Part shown: in pieces, positions 28,666 through 38,616 of the stretch | Numbering within the stretch: position 1 is the stretch's first letter | Layout: each line of letters opens with the position of its first letter | DNA from: an uncultured candidate division Zixibacteria bacterium | GTDB lineage: Bacteria > Zixibacteria > MSB-5A5 > GN15 > FEB-12 | Reading direction: 5' to 3' | Length of the DNA: 64,000 bases | NCBI GenBank assembly: GCA_963735035.1 | Contig: CAVTJJ010000004.1 | Coordinates: forward strand, 640,001-704,000 | The notes under the pieces: model-generated | Told to the model about the DNA's origin: nothing | Database searches by the model: none | Seen by the model: only the letters and a program-made list of their open reading frames with translations | Program-made: the position numbers and the translations under genes

Positions 28666-30255
28666 TCACGGCCGGTAGTTGTAACCCGCTCGCCAGTAGA
28701 AATAGGCCACTTCGCGTCCAGCCTTGCGTAAAGATTCTTTCGATATATCGCCCAGTCTTTCGAAGTGTGACGTCATCATAGAATCCGATAGCTTCCGCTC
28801 AGAGAAACTGAGCAATATAGTATTTCGCCCGGAAGCCGCTTCAGGAGGAACCCATCGGTTCCACATCAGACTGTTCTTCCCAAACAATCCTTCCGCAGCC
28901 ATTTCAACCAGCGAGTCGCCTTCTTCGCTGTCGCGATCATAGAAACTGGCCTCGCTGGCAATCCAATAAATATCAAGACCGACCACTAACGGCTCGGATT
29001 GCGTCTCCGCTTTCAGTTTCGATTCAAGCTGATCTACCCTCTGGCCGAACTCTTCCCACGCGACCGGGATCGGCATTCCATTCGGCACCGGCGTACCGGG
29101 CATGCCTGCCACGATATAGCTAAAACCGGCAGCGTAGAAAACGAGCAACGCCACGCCAGTGAATTTCCAGAGCGGGATGTAGAGTTTCTTCCACCACTTT
29201 GAATAGGACGAGGCTGATATGCGTCTCAACTCCGAGGCCATCATCGGCAGGACCGCCAGCCAGACCGGGCCGGTCCAGTTGAGTTTCGGCTGGCCCTGCA
29301 GGCTATGAATGACAAAGACGCCCAGAGGCACTACTGTAAACACCAGCATGAACAGGCGGCGTCGGGCAATCGAATCATCGGGGCTTGAACCGAAGTTCGT
29401 TCGAAGTCCACAGCACCGGGCTATCGAACGCCCCGCTTCAACCACTCCCAAAGGTGTCAGAAGTACGAGCGCACTTCCGATCAGCGTGTGCAAGTGGAAT
29501 CTAATTCCTTCGGACCAGCGGCGGGTGGATTGAAACGCGAATGAAACCCATTCGTGGGTGTAGTTCCAGTAGATGACCGGCATGAACAGTAAGAAGCCGA
29601 TCGCCAGTGCCGCATACGGTTCCCAACGAATCAGCCAACGGCGAGAGTCTTTGTCTATGATCACAAACAACGCTGTCGCCGGTATCAGAAGCCCCATGGT
29701 GTACTTAGAGAGAAGCCCGAGTCCGAGACAGATGCCCACACCCCACCAAGCTTTCGATTTGTTTGCCAGTAGCGCTCGTTCGAGATAGAACAGACACGCA
29801 GCCCAGGCGGCGTAAAAGGGCGCGTCTGGGGTCATCAGAAATCCCACTGACATGTAGATGGGTAGCTGAGCCAGAAGCAGAATCACCCAGACTGCGGTAG
29901 CTCGGTCGAACAGGTTCTGAGCGAATCGAAACATGAACCAGCAGAATATGAACCACTCCAGAAATGCCGGCAGGCGCACAACAAACTCGCTCCGGCCCAG
30001 AATCGCACCGAACAGCCAATTCATCCAGGCGGTCATCGGGGGATGATCGAGATACCCAATATCGATATGCTGGGCATAGCTCCAATAGTAGGCCTCTTCG
30101 GGCAGAAGGTCCAGCCAACCCAGGAACACCAGCCTCACCAGTACGGACAGAGCCAGAACACCCAGCCAGACGCGCGAAAGTCCGGCCTGCTCAAACTCGC
30201 TGTACACAAGCTTGATAAGTTGTTGAAGGGTGTGGAGTAAGCTTCTACCTGGCAC
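28666..30255 (-). CDS. GT-C glycosyltransferase family 39 (PMT/ArnT-like)
   Basis: LLPEEAYYWSYA...GYLDHPPM, VRLP, TPDAP, GLLSKY, PVIYWN; about 10 TM helices. Confidence 0.88.
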   Translation of the reverse strand: MPGRSLLHTLQQLIKLVYSEFEQAGLSRVWLGVLALSVLVRLVFLGWLDLLPEEAYYWSYAQHIDIGYLDHPPMTAWMNWLFGAILGRSEFVVRLPAFLEWFIFCWFMFRFAQNLFDRATAVWVILLLAQLPIYMSVGFLMTPDAPFYAAWAACLFYLERALLANKSKAWWGVGICLGLGLLSKYTMGLLIPATALFVIIDKDSRRWLIRWEPYAALAIGFLLFMPVIYWNYTHEWVSFAFQSTRRWSEGIRFHLHTLIGSALVLLTPLGVVEAGRSIARCCGLRTNFGSSPDDSIARRRLFMLVFTVVPLGVFVIHSLQGQPKLNWTGPVWLAVLPMMASELRRISASSYSKWWKKLYIPLWKFTGVALLVFYAAGFSYIVAGMPGTPVPNGMPIPVAWEEFGQRVDQLESKLKAETQSEPLVVGLDIYWIASEASFYDRDSEEGDSLVEMAAEGLFGKNSLMWNRWVPPEAASGRNTILLSFSERKLSDSMMTSHFERLGDISKESLRKAGREVAYFYWRAGYNYRP

Positions 30256-30370
30256 AGTTCGAATCCCTCGGTTTTCAATAGCTCAATTGCCCCAAAATGA
30301 CGGCCGGGTCAACTAAAGACTGTGATGGCACACTCCGGGTGTCGTCCACGCCCTGAACGCGAGAGTAATG

Positions 30371-30406
30371 GCAGGTTCTTTCCGTTAGGGCTCGGAAAAA
30401 TGTTCC
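30371..30406. promoter_or_regulatory. putative paired upstream activator sites for the flagellar sigma54 promoter
   Basis: GCAGGTTCTTTCCG (30371) and CGGAAAAATGTTCC (30393), 22 bp apart; a similar pair lies upstream of fliR. Confidence 0.5.
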
Positions 30407-30494
30407 TTTAGGACTGTCCGCACACCCCTCACACACCCTCCGTCAAAACCGTAAGGTCCTGAATAGCAACGACATTTACATCACCATTATCGTT

Positions 30495-30510
30495 TGGCAC
30501 GAATCGTGCA
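30495..30510 (+). promoter_or_regulatory. sigma54 (-24/-12) promoter of the flagellar cluster
   Basis: TGGCACGAATCGTGCA, exact GG-N10-GC spacing, 40 nt upstream of the first flagellar ATG. Confidence 0.78.
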
Positions 30511-30550
30511 ATATGGGCGTCGGGTAAATGCTGTTTTGTGGAGTTTATTA

Positions 30551-31378
30551 ATGACTGGCGACGCTAACAAGAAGAAAGAAGCCCCGAAGCCGGCAGCGGC
30601 CGCAAAGGCCGATTTGGTCGAAAAGGTCGAAAAGACCGAAGCGACCGAAAAGACCGAAAAAACCGGCAAGAGCAGTCTGGTGAAATACCTGCTGTTCGGC
30701 GGGGCTGGACTCGTGGCGGTCGTTCTGATCGCCGTGGTCACTTTGCTTCTGGTTGGCGGTGGCAAATCAAACGCCCCGGCAACTACAAGCGCTTCCGATT
30801 CCACAACCCAAGCTTCTGCTCCGGCCAAAGCCAACGACTCCGCCAATTCGGGCGACTCAACTTCAGGCAATGACAGCCTTGAAGCGCTGCTGGCGAAAGA
30901 CACGTCGCTGGCGTTTCTCGATCAGGGCAAGGTCGCCATGGAGACGATCGTTTCTAATCTCCAGGCTCTGGACCAGCCTCCGACCGAGAAAGATTTGTTG
31001 GCCGCCGAGTCTACCATGTCTAAAGCTGATTCTCTGGCCGCAGCCGATTGGCTCAGTCAGGAAAAGGCCAAGCTGACCACCCGGGAAAAAGACCTCGATT
31101 CGCGCGAGAAAAATCTCAATGTCCGGGAAAGCAAAGTTCAGCAGGGGATCACCCGGCTCGAACAGGCGGAATCGTCGCGTATCGCCAAGCTGGCCGCTCT
31201 CTATGATGGTATGGACCCGAGTGCGGTGGCCAAGCTGGCCGCCAGTCTCGATGACGAAACGGTCGTGGCGCTTCTTCCTCGGATGAAGCCCAAGAATGCC
31301 TCGGCTGTTCTGAGTCTCGTCCCCCCGGCTCGGGCGGCGAAGCTTTCCAAACAAATGGTAACGATTGCGGATAACTAA
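30551..31378 (+). CDS. MotE/FlbB/YlxF-like flagellar protein (TM, coiled coil, MgtE_N-like domain)
   Basis: KLAALYDGMDPSAVAKL...LLPRMKPKNASAVLSLVPPARAAKL; located just before fliK. Confidence 0.75.
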   Translation: MTGDANKKKEAPKPAAAAKADLVEKVEKTEATEKTEKTGKSSLVKYLLFGGAGLVAVVLIAVVTLLLVGGGKSNAPATTSASDSTTQASAPAKANDSANSGDSTSGNDSLEALLAKDTSLAFLDQGKVAMETIVSNLQALDQPPTEKDLLAAESTMSKADSLAAADWLSQEKAKLTTREKDLDSREKNLNVRESKVQQGITRLEQAESSRIAKLAALYDGMDPSAVAKLAASLDDETVVALLPRMKPKNASAVLSLVPPARAAKLSKQMVTIADN

Positions 31379-32931
31379 TGTTGTCAGGACCGACTAACAT
31401 ACTCGACCAACTGCTCGGCGGATTTGAAGCCAAGCCCTTCGATGTCACCGGTAACGGTGGACAAGGGATTGGTTCCGATGCCGCTGGAATTATGTTCGGC
31501 GAACTTCTGGCCGGACTGATGCAGGGTGGTCAATTAGCGGTCGATCCGAATACGGCTCAACTTAGCGCATGCTTGTTTCCGTCGAGCGACCAGCCGGTTG
31601 CACAGGATGGGGCTCCGGCTGGTCAATCGTCGGGTGATCAATCATTAATAGGGCAGGCCGCGGTTCAGGCTGCCGCTAACCAGCCGTTTATGCTGTTTGC
31701 GGCCGCGTCAACGATCAACCCGTTGACCGATGCTTTGGCGCCCAAGATTTCATCCGAGGCTATAGCTAATCCGAACGCCTCCGGCGATCTGAAGTCACTT
31801 AACGGTGCCACTCCGAATACCAACGCTCCGGTCTATAACATCGTTGATTTCCAGGTCCAGGGCGGCATGGTCGAACTGACCGCTGTCACGGCGGATCAGC
31901 CGACCAAACCGGTAACGGTATCGATTCCTACCGCCGTGCTTGCCGAAGCGATAAATGAGAAGATTGCCAAGCTGAGTGGTGTTGACAATCAGGATGGCAA
32001 GACGCCGGCTACTCTGAAATCGGCTGTCACCAATTCCGCGAATCTCGACGTGCTGCTGAAAGCTTCGAATCTCAAGACTCTTACAGTCGTCCAGAATTCT
32101 ATCCAGTTACCGGTTGCGGCAGTCAACACCAGTGATTCTGTCGCGCCGGTGGCTGTGACGATTGTGGCGGATAATGGGGGAGTAAAATTAGCTCTCACGG
32201 CTAAGATGACGCGTCAAGAACTGACCATCCGTTCCAAGAATGACTCAAATCTCGATCTGGATGCCGGACTTACGGACGCACCATCGCAGCCCGAAGAAAT
32301 CGTCGGCCTGTCCCCGGCCAGAAAAGAAGCCGAGAATCTCGAACTGTTGCCTTTGAAGCGCTCCCTGGCGGCTGACAAATTCTCGCTGCCGGCACAGTCC
32401 GGACTCGACGCCAGGACGCTCGCGTCCCAGGTTGATCTTACCGGTGTCGGACAAAGCCTTGATCGATCGACAACTGATTCGGCGAGCGCTCGTACCACGG
32501 CCACGCCGATCGTGAAATTCACGCTGCCGGATACGATCAGCAAGCCGTTCGCGGCCAATGGCCATTCCATCATGATCAAGATTGAGCCGGAGCACCTTGG
32601 CCCGGCCCGTTTGAATTTGTCGGTTCGCGATCAAATGCTGACCGCCCGTGTGACCGTTGACACGCCCGCCGCCAAGATGGCGGTCGAGCGTTCGCTCGAT
32701 CAACTGACCGAACAGTTGTCCCGGTCGGGCATCGACGTTGACAAGATCGATGTCATGCTCGGCGACCGCGGTGCCCGCGAGCAATTCATGGAACGCCGCC
32801 CGCAATGGTCGCACACGCAGGACAATCGCAAAGACCAGGAAATCGAACCGTCCAACATCTCGCCCGTGATGACTGCAACTATGTTGTCAAGGCAATACGT
32901 CGGCCACAGCGGTGTCAACGTACTGGCGTAG
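31378..32931 (+). CDS. fliK: flagellar hook-length control protein
   Basis: Low-complexity N-terminal region; C-terminal IKIEPEHLGPARLNL...LERSLDQL..QL...GI; precedes flgD. Confidence 0.85.
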   Translation: MLSGPTNILDQLLGGFEAKPFDVTGNGGQGIGSDAAGIMFGELLAGLMQGGQLAVDPNTAQLSACLFPSSDQPVAQDGAPAGQSSGDQSLIGQAAVQAAANQPFMLFAAASTINPLTDALAPKISSEAIANPNASGDLKSLNGATPNTNAPVYNIVDFQVQGGMVELTAVTADQPTKPVTVSIPTAVLAEAINEKIAKLSGVDNQDGKTPATLKSAVTNSANLDVLLKASNLKTLTVVQNSIQLPVAAVNTSDSVAPVAVTIVADNGGVKLALTAKMTRQELTIRSKNDSNLDLDAGLTDAPSQPEEIVGLSPARKEAENLELLPLKRSLAADKFSLPAQSGLDARTLASQVDLTGVGQSLDRSTTDSASARTTATPIVKFTLPDTISKPFAANGHSIMIKIEPEHLGPARLNLSVRDQMLTARVTVDTPAAKMAVERSLDQLTEQLSRSGIDVDKIDVMLGDRGAREQFMERRPQWSHTQDNRKDQEIEPSNISPVMTATMLSRQYVGHSGVNVLA

Positions 32932-32943
32932 GAGAAGAACGAA

Positions 32944-33636
32944 ATGTCATACATATCACCGATATCAGCACGCAACGCCGGCTCTTCCGGCAACTCCGGC
33001 ACGAGCGCCGGCTCCGATGTCATGGGGAAAGACGCCTTCCTGCAACTGATGGTTACCAAGCTGCAGTATCAGGATCCGTTGAACCCGATGCAGGATGAAG
33101 ACTTCATTTCGCAGCTGGCGCAGTTCTCGTCGCTGGAACAGATGAACAACATTGCCGACGGCATCGCGACCTCGAATCAATGGGATTTGCTCCAGATGCA
33201 GTCGCTGAACAACGTTTTGGCGTCGAACCTGATCGGTCGTGAAGTCAAAGCCGACTTCAGCGGTGTCTACCTGGATACTTCCACCAAGCCGGCTGTTTCG
33301 TTTACACTGCCGGAGGCGGCCGACAAAGTTGATTTTGAAATTCGGGATACGAGTGGCGTCCTGGTCGCAACCGTCAGTGCCGACCATCTGGCCGCCGGTG
33401 CTAACACTATTACCTGGGACGGCAAGGACAGCGCCGGCAACCGGGCCAAGCAGGGATATTACACTATAGAAGCGACCGCCACCAGGGCTGATGCCTCGAC
33501 TTTCGAACCCGAGATGGGAGTCTCTGGTACGGTTAGCACCGTGACCTATCGCGACGGTGCTGCTTTTGTGGTAATCGACGGAACCGAGATCGCACTGGGC
33601 GACATCAGATCGGTCGGGACACCGGCGTTAGACTGA
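32944..33636 (+). CDS. flgD: flagellar hook capping protein
   Basis: GKDAFLQLMVTKLQYQDPLNPM, FISQLAQFSSLEQM, WDGKD. Confidence 0.96.
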   Translation: MSYISPISARNAGSSGNSGTSAGSDVMGKDAFLQLMVTKLQYQDPLNPMQDEDFISQLAQFSSLEQMNNIADGIATSNQWDLLQMQSLNNVLASNLIGREVKADFSGVYLDTSTKPAVSFTLPEAADKVDFEIRDTSGVLVATVSADHLAAGANTITWDGKDSAGNRAKQGYYTIEATATRADASTFEPEMGVSGTVSTVTYRDGAAFVVIDGTEIALGDIRSVGTPALD

Positions 33637-33667
33637 GATTAAGTTAGGATCTGAAAGTAGCAAGCAA

Positions 33668-34066
33668 ATGGCAAACGCGGTTAGAATAAGCAACTATCAG
33701 AGGCCGGTGGACCTGCTTGAAATCGCCAAGCGCGGCAAGCCGGAAGCTGCCTCGACCAAGACGGACCAGACATCGTTCAAGGACATGTTCTCGCTCGAAA
33801 TGGCCGGTGGACGGGGCATCACGTTTTCCAAGCATGCCAGTCAACGGCTGCATTCCCGAGGAATAGAGCTCAGCGACGAACAGTTGACCAAAGTTGCTGA
33901 TGCGGTCGACAAGGCCGCCGCCAAAGGTTCGCGCGAGACTTTGATTCTTGCCGACAATGCGGCGCTGGTGGTCTCGGTCTCCAACCGCACCGTAATAACG
34001 GCCTTCGATCGCGAGCATTTGCGCGAAGGTGTAGTGACTGCGATCGATTCAGCAGTAGTGATATAA
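33668..34066 (+). CDS. flagellar operon protein (TIGR02530-like)
   Basis: FSKHASQRLHSRGI, KAAAKG, LVVSVSNRTVITA, IDSAVVI; between flgD and flgE. Confidence 0.88.
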   Translation: MANAVRISNYQRPVDLLEIAKRGKPEAASTKTDQTSFKDMFSLEMAGGRGITFSKHASQRLHSRGIELSDEQLTKVADAVDKAAAKGSRETLILADNAALVVSVSNRTVITAFDREHLREGVVTAIDSAVVI

Positions 34067-34165
34067 GAAAATGAGAAGCAGAGATATACACAACGTACTC
34101 ACGTCGAGGCTGGACCCCATTACAGATGGGGAGGTCTTGTTGTTGAGCAAGGAGGTTGATGCACT

Positions 34166-36166
34166 ATGATGGCATCATTATTCGCCGGTGTTTCGGGACT
34201 TAAGAACCACCAGGTCAAGATGAACGTGATTGGCAACAACATTGCCAACGTCAACACGATCGGTTTCAAGGCCGGTCGAGTGAATTTTCAGGAAGCGCTC
34301 GTACAGACCACTAAAGGTGCCGGACGCCCGAGTTCATTGATGGGCGGCACGAACCCGCAGCAGCTCGGACTGGGTATGCAGGTCGGTACCATTGACAACC
34401 TGTTCCTGCAGGGCGGTCTGGAAACAACCGGACAGATCACCGATCTGGCTATTCAGGGAGCAGGGTTCTTTATCCTCTCCGACGGCAATAACAACACTTT
34501 CTATACCCGGGCCGGTTCATTCGGATTCGATGCTGGTTCCAACCTGGTCGATCCCGCGACCGGCTTGTTCGTCCAGGGCAAAATGGCGGACGCGTCGGGA
34601 CAGATTCCGTCTCTGGCGACCACCGGAAGTATCGTGCTTCCGTTCGGTCAGCAGGATCCGGCCAAGCCGACGGAAGTGATTTCGATGGCGAATAACATCG
34701 ATGTCAGCGCCACCGATTCCGTGGCCTCGCTGTTTGCGGCCGGAGCTTCCGGTGTGGCTGAGGTCAGCGGTCTGGCTCTCGACGGTGTCGGCGGTCAGCA
34801 CGTGGTCGAAGTTACCGGCGCACAGGCTGTCAACGCTACCTATGTCGGCTCCACTCTCGGTAACGCCGGTGACGGCAGTAATACCGTAGTCGCGAACTTG
34901 AGCCCGACCATGACGCTCGGCTCGCTGGGTGTAACGATATTCGACGATTTTGGAATCGCTGTTGACGGCGGCTCGGAGCAAAAAATCTCTGGTCTGACGG
35001 CGACTTCTACGGTTCAGGATCTTATCAACGCTATCGATCAGATTGCCGGTCTACACGCCGAAATCTCTGGCGGTGAGATACTTCTTACCAGGGAGAAGGC
35101 CGGTGACAATGCGACCTATATGTTCCGGACTATGACTCCCGGTCAGGTTACGCTCCATGCCAACGGTGGTGCGATCGCCGGTAACATCGCCGGAGTAGTT
35201 TTCGGAATGAACGGGACCAACTTCCAGTCGGCGGGCGGAGCGGCTACCACTTTCCAGGCCACGGATACTTTCACCCCGTCGCGCGGAATAGGTGCCGCCA
35301 CCGGTCCGGTTACGACCCAACTCGACCTGGTGTTTGATGACCGCACTGGAATCGTGACGGGCCTCTCAGGTCTAGGCGGGGGCGGCGTTGAAATCAAGAC
35401 CGATTCCGGAGGCCTGAGCGCCACCGGCGGCAACGACCTCGTGATAAGTACCGCTGACACATTGCATGCGGCTTCGGTCAACGTCTTCGATTCGCAGGGC
35501 GGCAAGCACACTCTGACTATGGAGTTCTTCAAGTCGATCATTCCCAATCGATGGGAATGGACAGCCAGCACGCTTGGTGTCGAGGACGTCACGGCGGGAA
35601 AGAACGGTTATGTCAGCTTCAACAATGACGGTTCTCTGAACTCATTCGAATATTTCGGCGGCGCGGGATCGATCGTGATCGATCCGGGCAACGGCGCCGA
35701 CCAGATGGACGTTCGGGTCGATGCCGGCTCTATCAGCGGCTTCGACGGCTTGACCGGTTTCTCCGGCAACAACACCGCTTCGATCATTAACCAGGACGGC
35801 TACGGTCTGGGTCTGCTGGACAAGATCGCTATCGACAACTCGGGTAACATCTCCGGTATCTTTACCAACGGTGTGACCCGTATTCTGGCGCAGATCATGC
35901 TCGCTGATTTCAACAACCAGGCCGGTTTGGTCAAGGCCGGTAATTCACTCTATCAGGAGTCCCCGAACTCAGGTGACGCCATCGAGGGTGTGGCCGGTGC
36001 GACCATCTCCGGCACGATTACTTCCGGCGCCCTGGAATCGTCGGCGGTCGACATCGCCCAGGAGTTCACCGGTATGATCACGGCGCAGCGCGGTTTCCAG
36101 GCCAACGCCCGGATTATCACGACGTCGGATCAGATGCTTGACGAACTCGTGAATTTGAAGAGATAG
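34166..36166 (+). CDS. flgE: flagellar hook protein
   Basis: SLFAGVSGL...VIGNNIANVNT.GFK, DLAIQGAGFF, YTRAGSF, C-terminal LESSAVDIAQEFTGMITAQRGFQANARII. Confidence 0.96.
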   Translation: MMASLFAGVSGLKNHQVKMNVIGNNIANVNTIGFKAGRVNFQEALVQTTKGAGRPSSLMGGTNPQQLGLGMQVGTIDNLFLQGGLETTGQITDLAIQGAGFFILSDGNNNTFYTRAGSFGFDAGSNLVDPATGLFVQGKMADASGQIPSLATTGSIVLPFGQQDPAKPTEVISMANNIDVSATDSVASLFAAGASGVAEVSGLALDGVGGQHVVEVTGAQAVNATYVGSTLGNAGDGSNTVVANLSPTMTLGSLGVTIFDDFGIAVDGGSEQKISGLTATSTVQDLINAIDQIAGLHAEISGGEILLTREKAGDNATYMFRTMTPGQVTLHANGGAIAGNIAGVVFGMNGTNFQSAGGAATTFQATDTFTPSRGIGAATGPVTTQLDLVFDDRTGIVTGLSGLGGGGVEIKTDSGGLSATGGNDLVISTADTLHAASVNVFDSQGGKHTLTMEFFKSIIPNRWEWTASTLGVEDVTAGKNGYVSFNNDGSLNSFEYFGGAGSIVIDPGNGADQMDVRVDAGSISGFDGLTGFSGNNTASIINQDGYGLGLLDKIAIDNSGNISGIFTNGVTRILAQIMLADFNNQAGLVKAGNSLYQESPNSGDAIEGVAGATISGTITSGALESSAVDIAQEFTGMITAQRGFQANARIITTSDQMLDELVNLKR

Positions 36167-36171
36167 CTTAG

Positions 36172-36396
36172 ATGATACGTGTCACCCGAATAAACGATGC
36201 CGAGCTGGTCATTAACGCTGACCTGATCGAATTCGTGGAAGCGATTCCCGAGACGATGATCACGCTTACCACCGGTAAGAAGATCATGGTGCGGGAAGCG
36301 GTGGATGAAATTGTTCGCCGGGTGGCTGAATTCAAGCGAATGGCATCGACCCGGACCTACAGTCCGGGCGATGCCGGTTTAGCGGATGGGAGATAG
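36172..36396 (+). CDS. flbD: flagellar protein FlbD/SwrD
   Basis: MIRVTRIND...INADLIEFVEAIPETMITLTTGKKIMVRE. Confidence 0.92.
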   Translation: MIRVTRINDAELVINADLIEFVEAIPETMITLTTGKKIMVREAVDEIVRRVAEFKRMASTRTYSPGDAGLADGR

Positions 36397-36399
36397 TCA

Positions 36400-36999
36400 A
36401 TGGCTCCTGATGAAGAAAAAACGACCGTCGAAGTCAAAGACGAAGGCGCTAAGGACGCCGCCCCGCGCAAGGGACTGAGCAAGCTGATACTGTTCGGCGG
36501 CATCGGTCTGGGCGTGGTAGTCCTCGGTGTAGTGCTGGCGCTCTTTGTGTTGAAACCGATGATGAGTGGCTCGTCGGAAGAATCGACACCAACGACCAAG
36601 GTCGACGAGAAGGCATCGAATAAAGACGCCCATGCGGAGAAGTCGGAACCCAAGAAGAAGCCGGCCAAGAAGGAACAAAAGGAAGGCGAAGCCAGTCAGT
36701 CGCTGGTCTACGCCATCAAGGACATAGTCGTAAATCCGGCCGGGACCGGCGGGACGAGATTCCTCTCGGTTTCGTTCGGTTTTGAACTGGGTGGTTCGGA
36801 TTTGATGGCCGAGTTCCAGGAGCGGGAAGCGCTCGTGCGCGACGCCCTGATCACGATTCTGTCCTCCAAGACCGTGGCCCAGCTCACCGACGCGAGAGAA
36901 AAAGAAATAGCCCGTCTGCAGATCAAGAAGCGGCTGGAGCAATTGCTGGAAACCAATGAGATCGCCGGTGTCTACTACACCGATTTCGTGCTGCAATAG
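36400..36999 (+). CDS. fliL: flagellar basal body protein FliL
   Basis: N-terminal TM; IVVNPAG...RFL, VRDALI.ILSSK, VYYTDFVLQ. Confidence 0.92.
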   Translation: MAPDEEKTTVEVKDEGAKDAAPRKGLSKLILFGGIGLGVVVLGVVLALFVLKPMMSGSSEESTPTTKVDEKASNKDAHAEKSEPKKKPAKKEQKEGEASQSLVYAIKDIVVNPAGTGGTRFLSVSFGFELGGSDLMAEFQEREALVRDALITILSSKTVAQLTDAREKEIARLQIKKRLEQLLETNEIAGVYYTDFVLQ

Positions 37000-37010
37000 G
37001 ACCGTTTGTC

Positions 37011-38018
37011 GTGGCGAAGATACTTTCACAAGACGAAATTGATGCGCTGTTGACCACGGTGTCAGCCGGGGAAGGGAGCCCATCCGAAGCCGGTCAATTC
37101 CAGGATGAGAAGCTCAGGTCCATCGTGGCCTATGACTTCAAGCATCCGAACCGGGTTTCTAAAGATCAGATTCGCACGCTGGAAAATATCCACGACAACT
37201 TCGCGGGCCACTTCGGATCCGCACTTTCCAGTGTGATGCGCACGATTGTTGACGTCGACCTCGTCTCGGTCGATCAGATCACTTATTCCGAGTTCATCAT
37301 GTCCCTGGTGACGCCGTCATGCACGTACACTTTCGCGGCGCCGCCTCTGGATGGCGTTTGTCTGGTGGACTTCAATCCGACCCTGACGTTTTCAGTAATC
37401 GATCGTCTGTTCGGCGGTCATGGCAAGATCATGGAAACGGAGCGCGAACTGACGTCCATCGAGCGCTCGGTGATGGCCAACCTGGTCCATCGCATGTACC
37501 TCGAAATCCAGAAATCATGGGCTAACCTGGTAGCCATCGAAATCGACCAGAAGAGTTTCGAAACCAATCCGCAGTTCATTCAGATCGTTCCGCCCGGTGA
37601 AACCGTGGTCGTGATTTCGTTCCAGATAAAGCTGTTTCAGTCGACCGGTTTGCTGACGATCTGTTACCCGTACGTGTCCCTGGAACCGATCATCACCAGC
37701 CTGTCGGCGCAGAACTGGATCGACGCTACCAAGAAGAAGAATGCGGAGCAGGATCGCAGCGCCAACGTGCACAACGTCAAGAAGGTTGAAGCCAACGTGG
37801 CGGCAGTGCTGCTCAGATCAAAATTGAAGCTACGCGACTTCATGCAGTTGTCGCTGCATGACATAGTACCCTCAGAAAAGAAGATTAATGAAGCGATTGA
37901 AATCACCGTGAACAACCGGCTCAAATTTATGGCCCGTCCCGGCTTGTCCGGCAAGAAGCGGGCCTGTCAGGTGCTTACGGTGCGCGACAATATCGCCGAG
38001 GAGATGACAAATGACTGA
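37011..38018 (+). CDS. fliM: flagellar motor switch protein FliM
   Basis: LSQDEIDALL, YDFKHPNRVSKDQIRTL, ETNPQF.QIVPP. Confidence 0.96.
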   Translation: MAKILSQDEIDALLTTVSAGEGSPSEAGQFQDEKLRSIVAYDFKHPNRVSKDQIRTLENIHDNFAGHFGSALSSVMRTIVDVDLVSVDQITYSEFIMSLVTPSCTYTFAAPPLDGVCLVDFNPTLTFSVIDRLFGGHGKIMETERELTSIERSVMANLVHRMYLEIQKSWANLVAIEIDQKSFETNPQFIQIVPPGETVVVISFQIKLFQSTGLLTICYPYVSLEPIITSLSAQNWIDATKKKNAEQDRSANVHNVKKVEANVAAVLLRSKLKLRDFMQLSLHDIVPSEKKINEAIEITVNNRLKFMARPGLSGKKRACQVLTVRDNIAEEMTND

Positions 38019-38616
38019 CGATCAAGAAAAGGATATCTCAGCCGAGTCGGCCAACCAGGACGCGCTCAGCGTGCCGGACGATCCCAGCGGCGCTCTTCTT
38101 GAAGGCGCGGAAGCCGGGGGAGAAGTCGCGGGCGATGCTGCGGCATCGGCCGACGGTTCTGATGATGCGTTTAAGGTCGTCAATCCCGACGATACGCCCG
38201 AGGACGAGGCCGAAGCGGCGATGTTGAAATTGCTGGAAGGATTACCCGAGGAAGACTCGCGGCCCAGCGCCGATGACATCAACTTCTCGTCCACGTCGGC
38301 TTCCAAGGCGGAATTTCAGCAACTCCAGCAGCCGGTGAGCGCGCCGGGCGCACGCAACATCGAACTACTGATGGACGTCGATCTGCCGATTGCGATCGAG
38401 TTGGGTCGGACCAAGATGTCGATTTCGGATATCCTGGCCCTCGGTCCCGGTTCGGTGGTCGAGCTCAACAAGCTGGCCGGTGAACCGGTCGATCTGCTCG
38501 TGAATCAGAAAGTCGTGGCGCGTGGCGAGGTGGTCGTGGTGGATGAAAATTTCGGCCTTCGCATTACCCAACTGATGACGCCCGAAGAAAGGTTGCGCGC
38601 TCTTGCGGCAGAATAA
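38011..38616 (+). CDS. fliN: flagellar motor switch protein FliN with acidic N-terminus
   Basis: NIELLMDVDLPIAIELGRT...GSVVEL.KLAGEPVD...ARGEVVVVDENFGLRIT. Confidence 0.94.
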   Translation: MTDDQEKDISAESANQDALSVPDDPSGALLEGAEAGGEVAGDAAASADGSDDAFKVVNPDDTPEDEAEAAMLKLLEGLPEEDSRPSADDINFSSTSASKAEFQQLQQPVSAPGARNIELLMDVDLPIAIELGRTKMSISDILALGPGSVVELNKLAGEPVDLLVNQKVVARGEVVVVDENFGLRITQLMTPEERLRALAAE

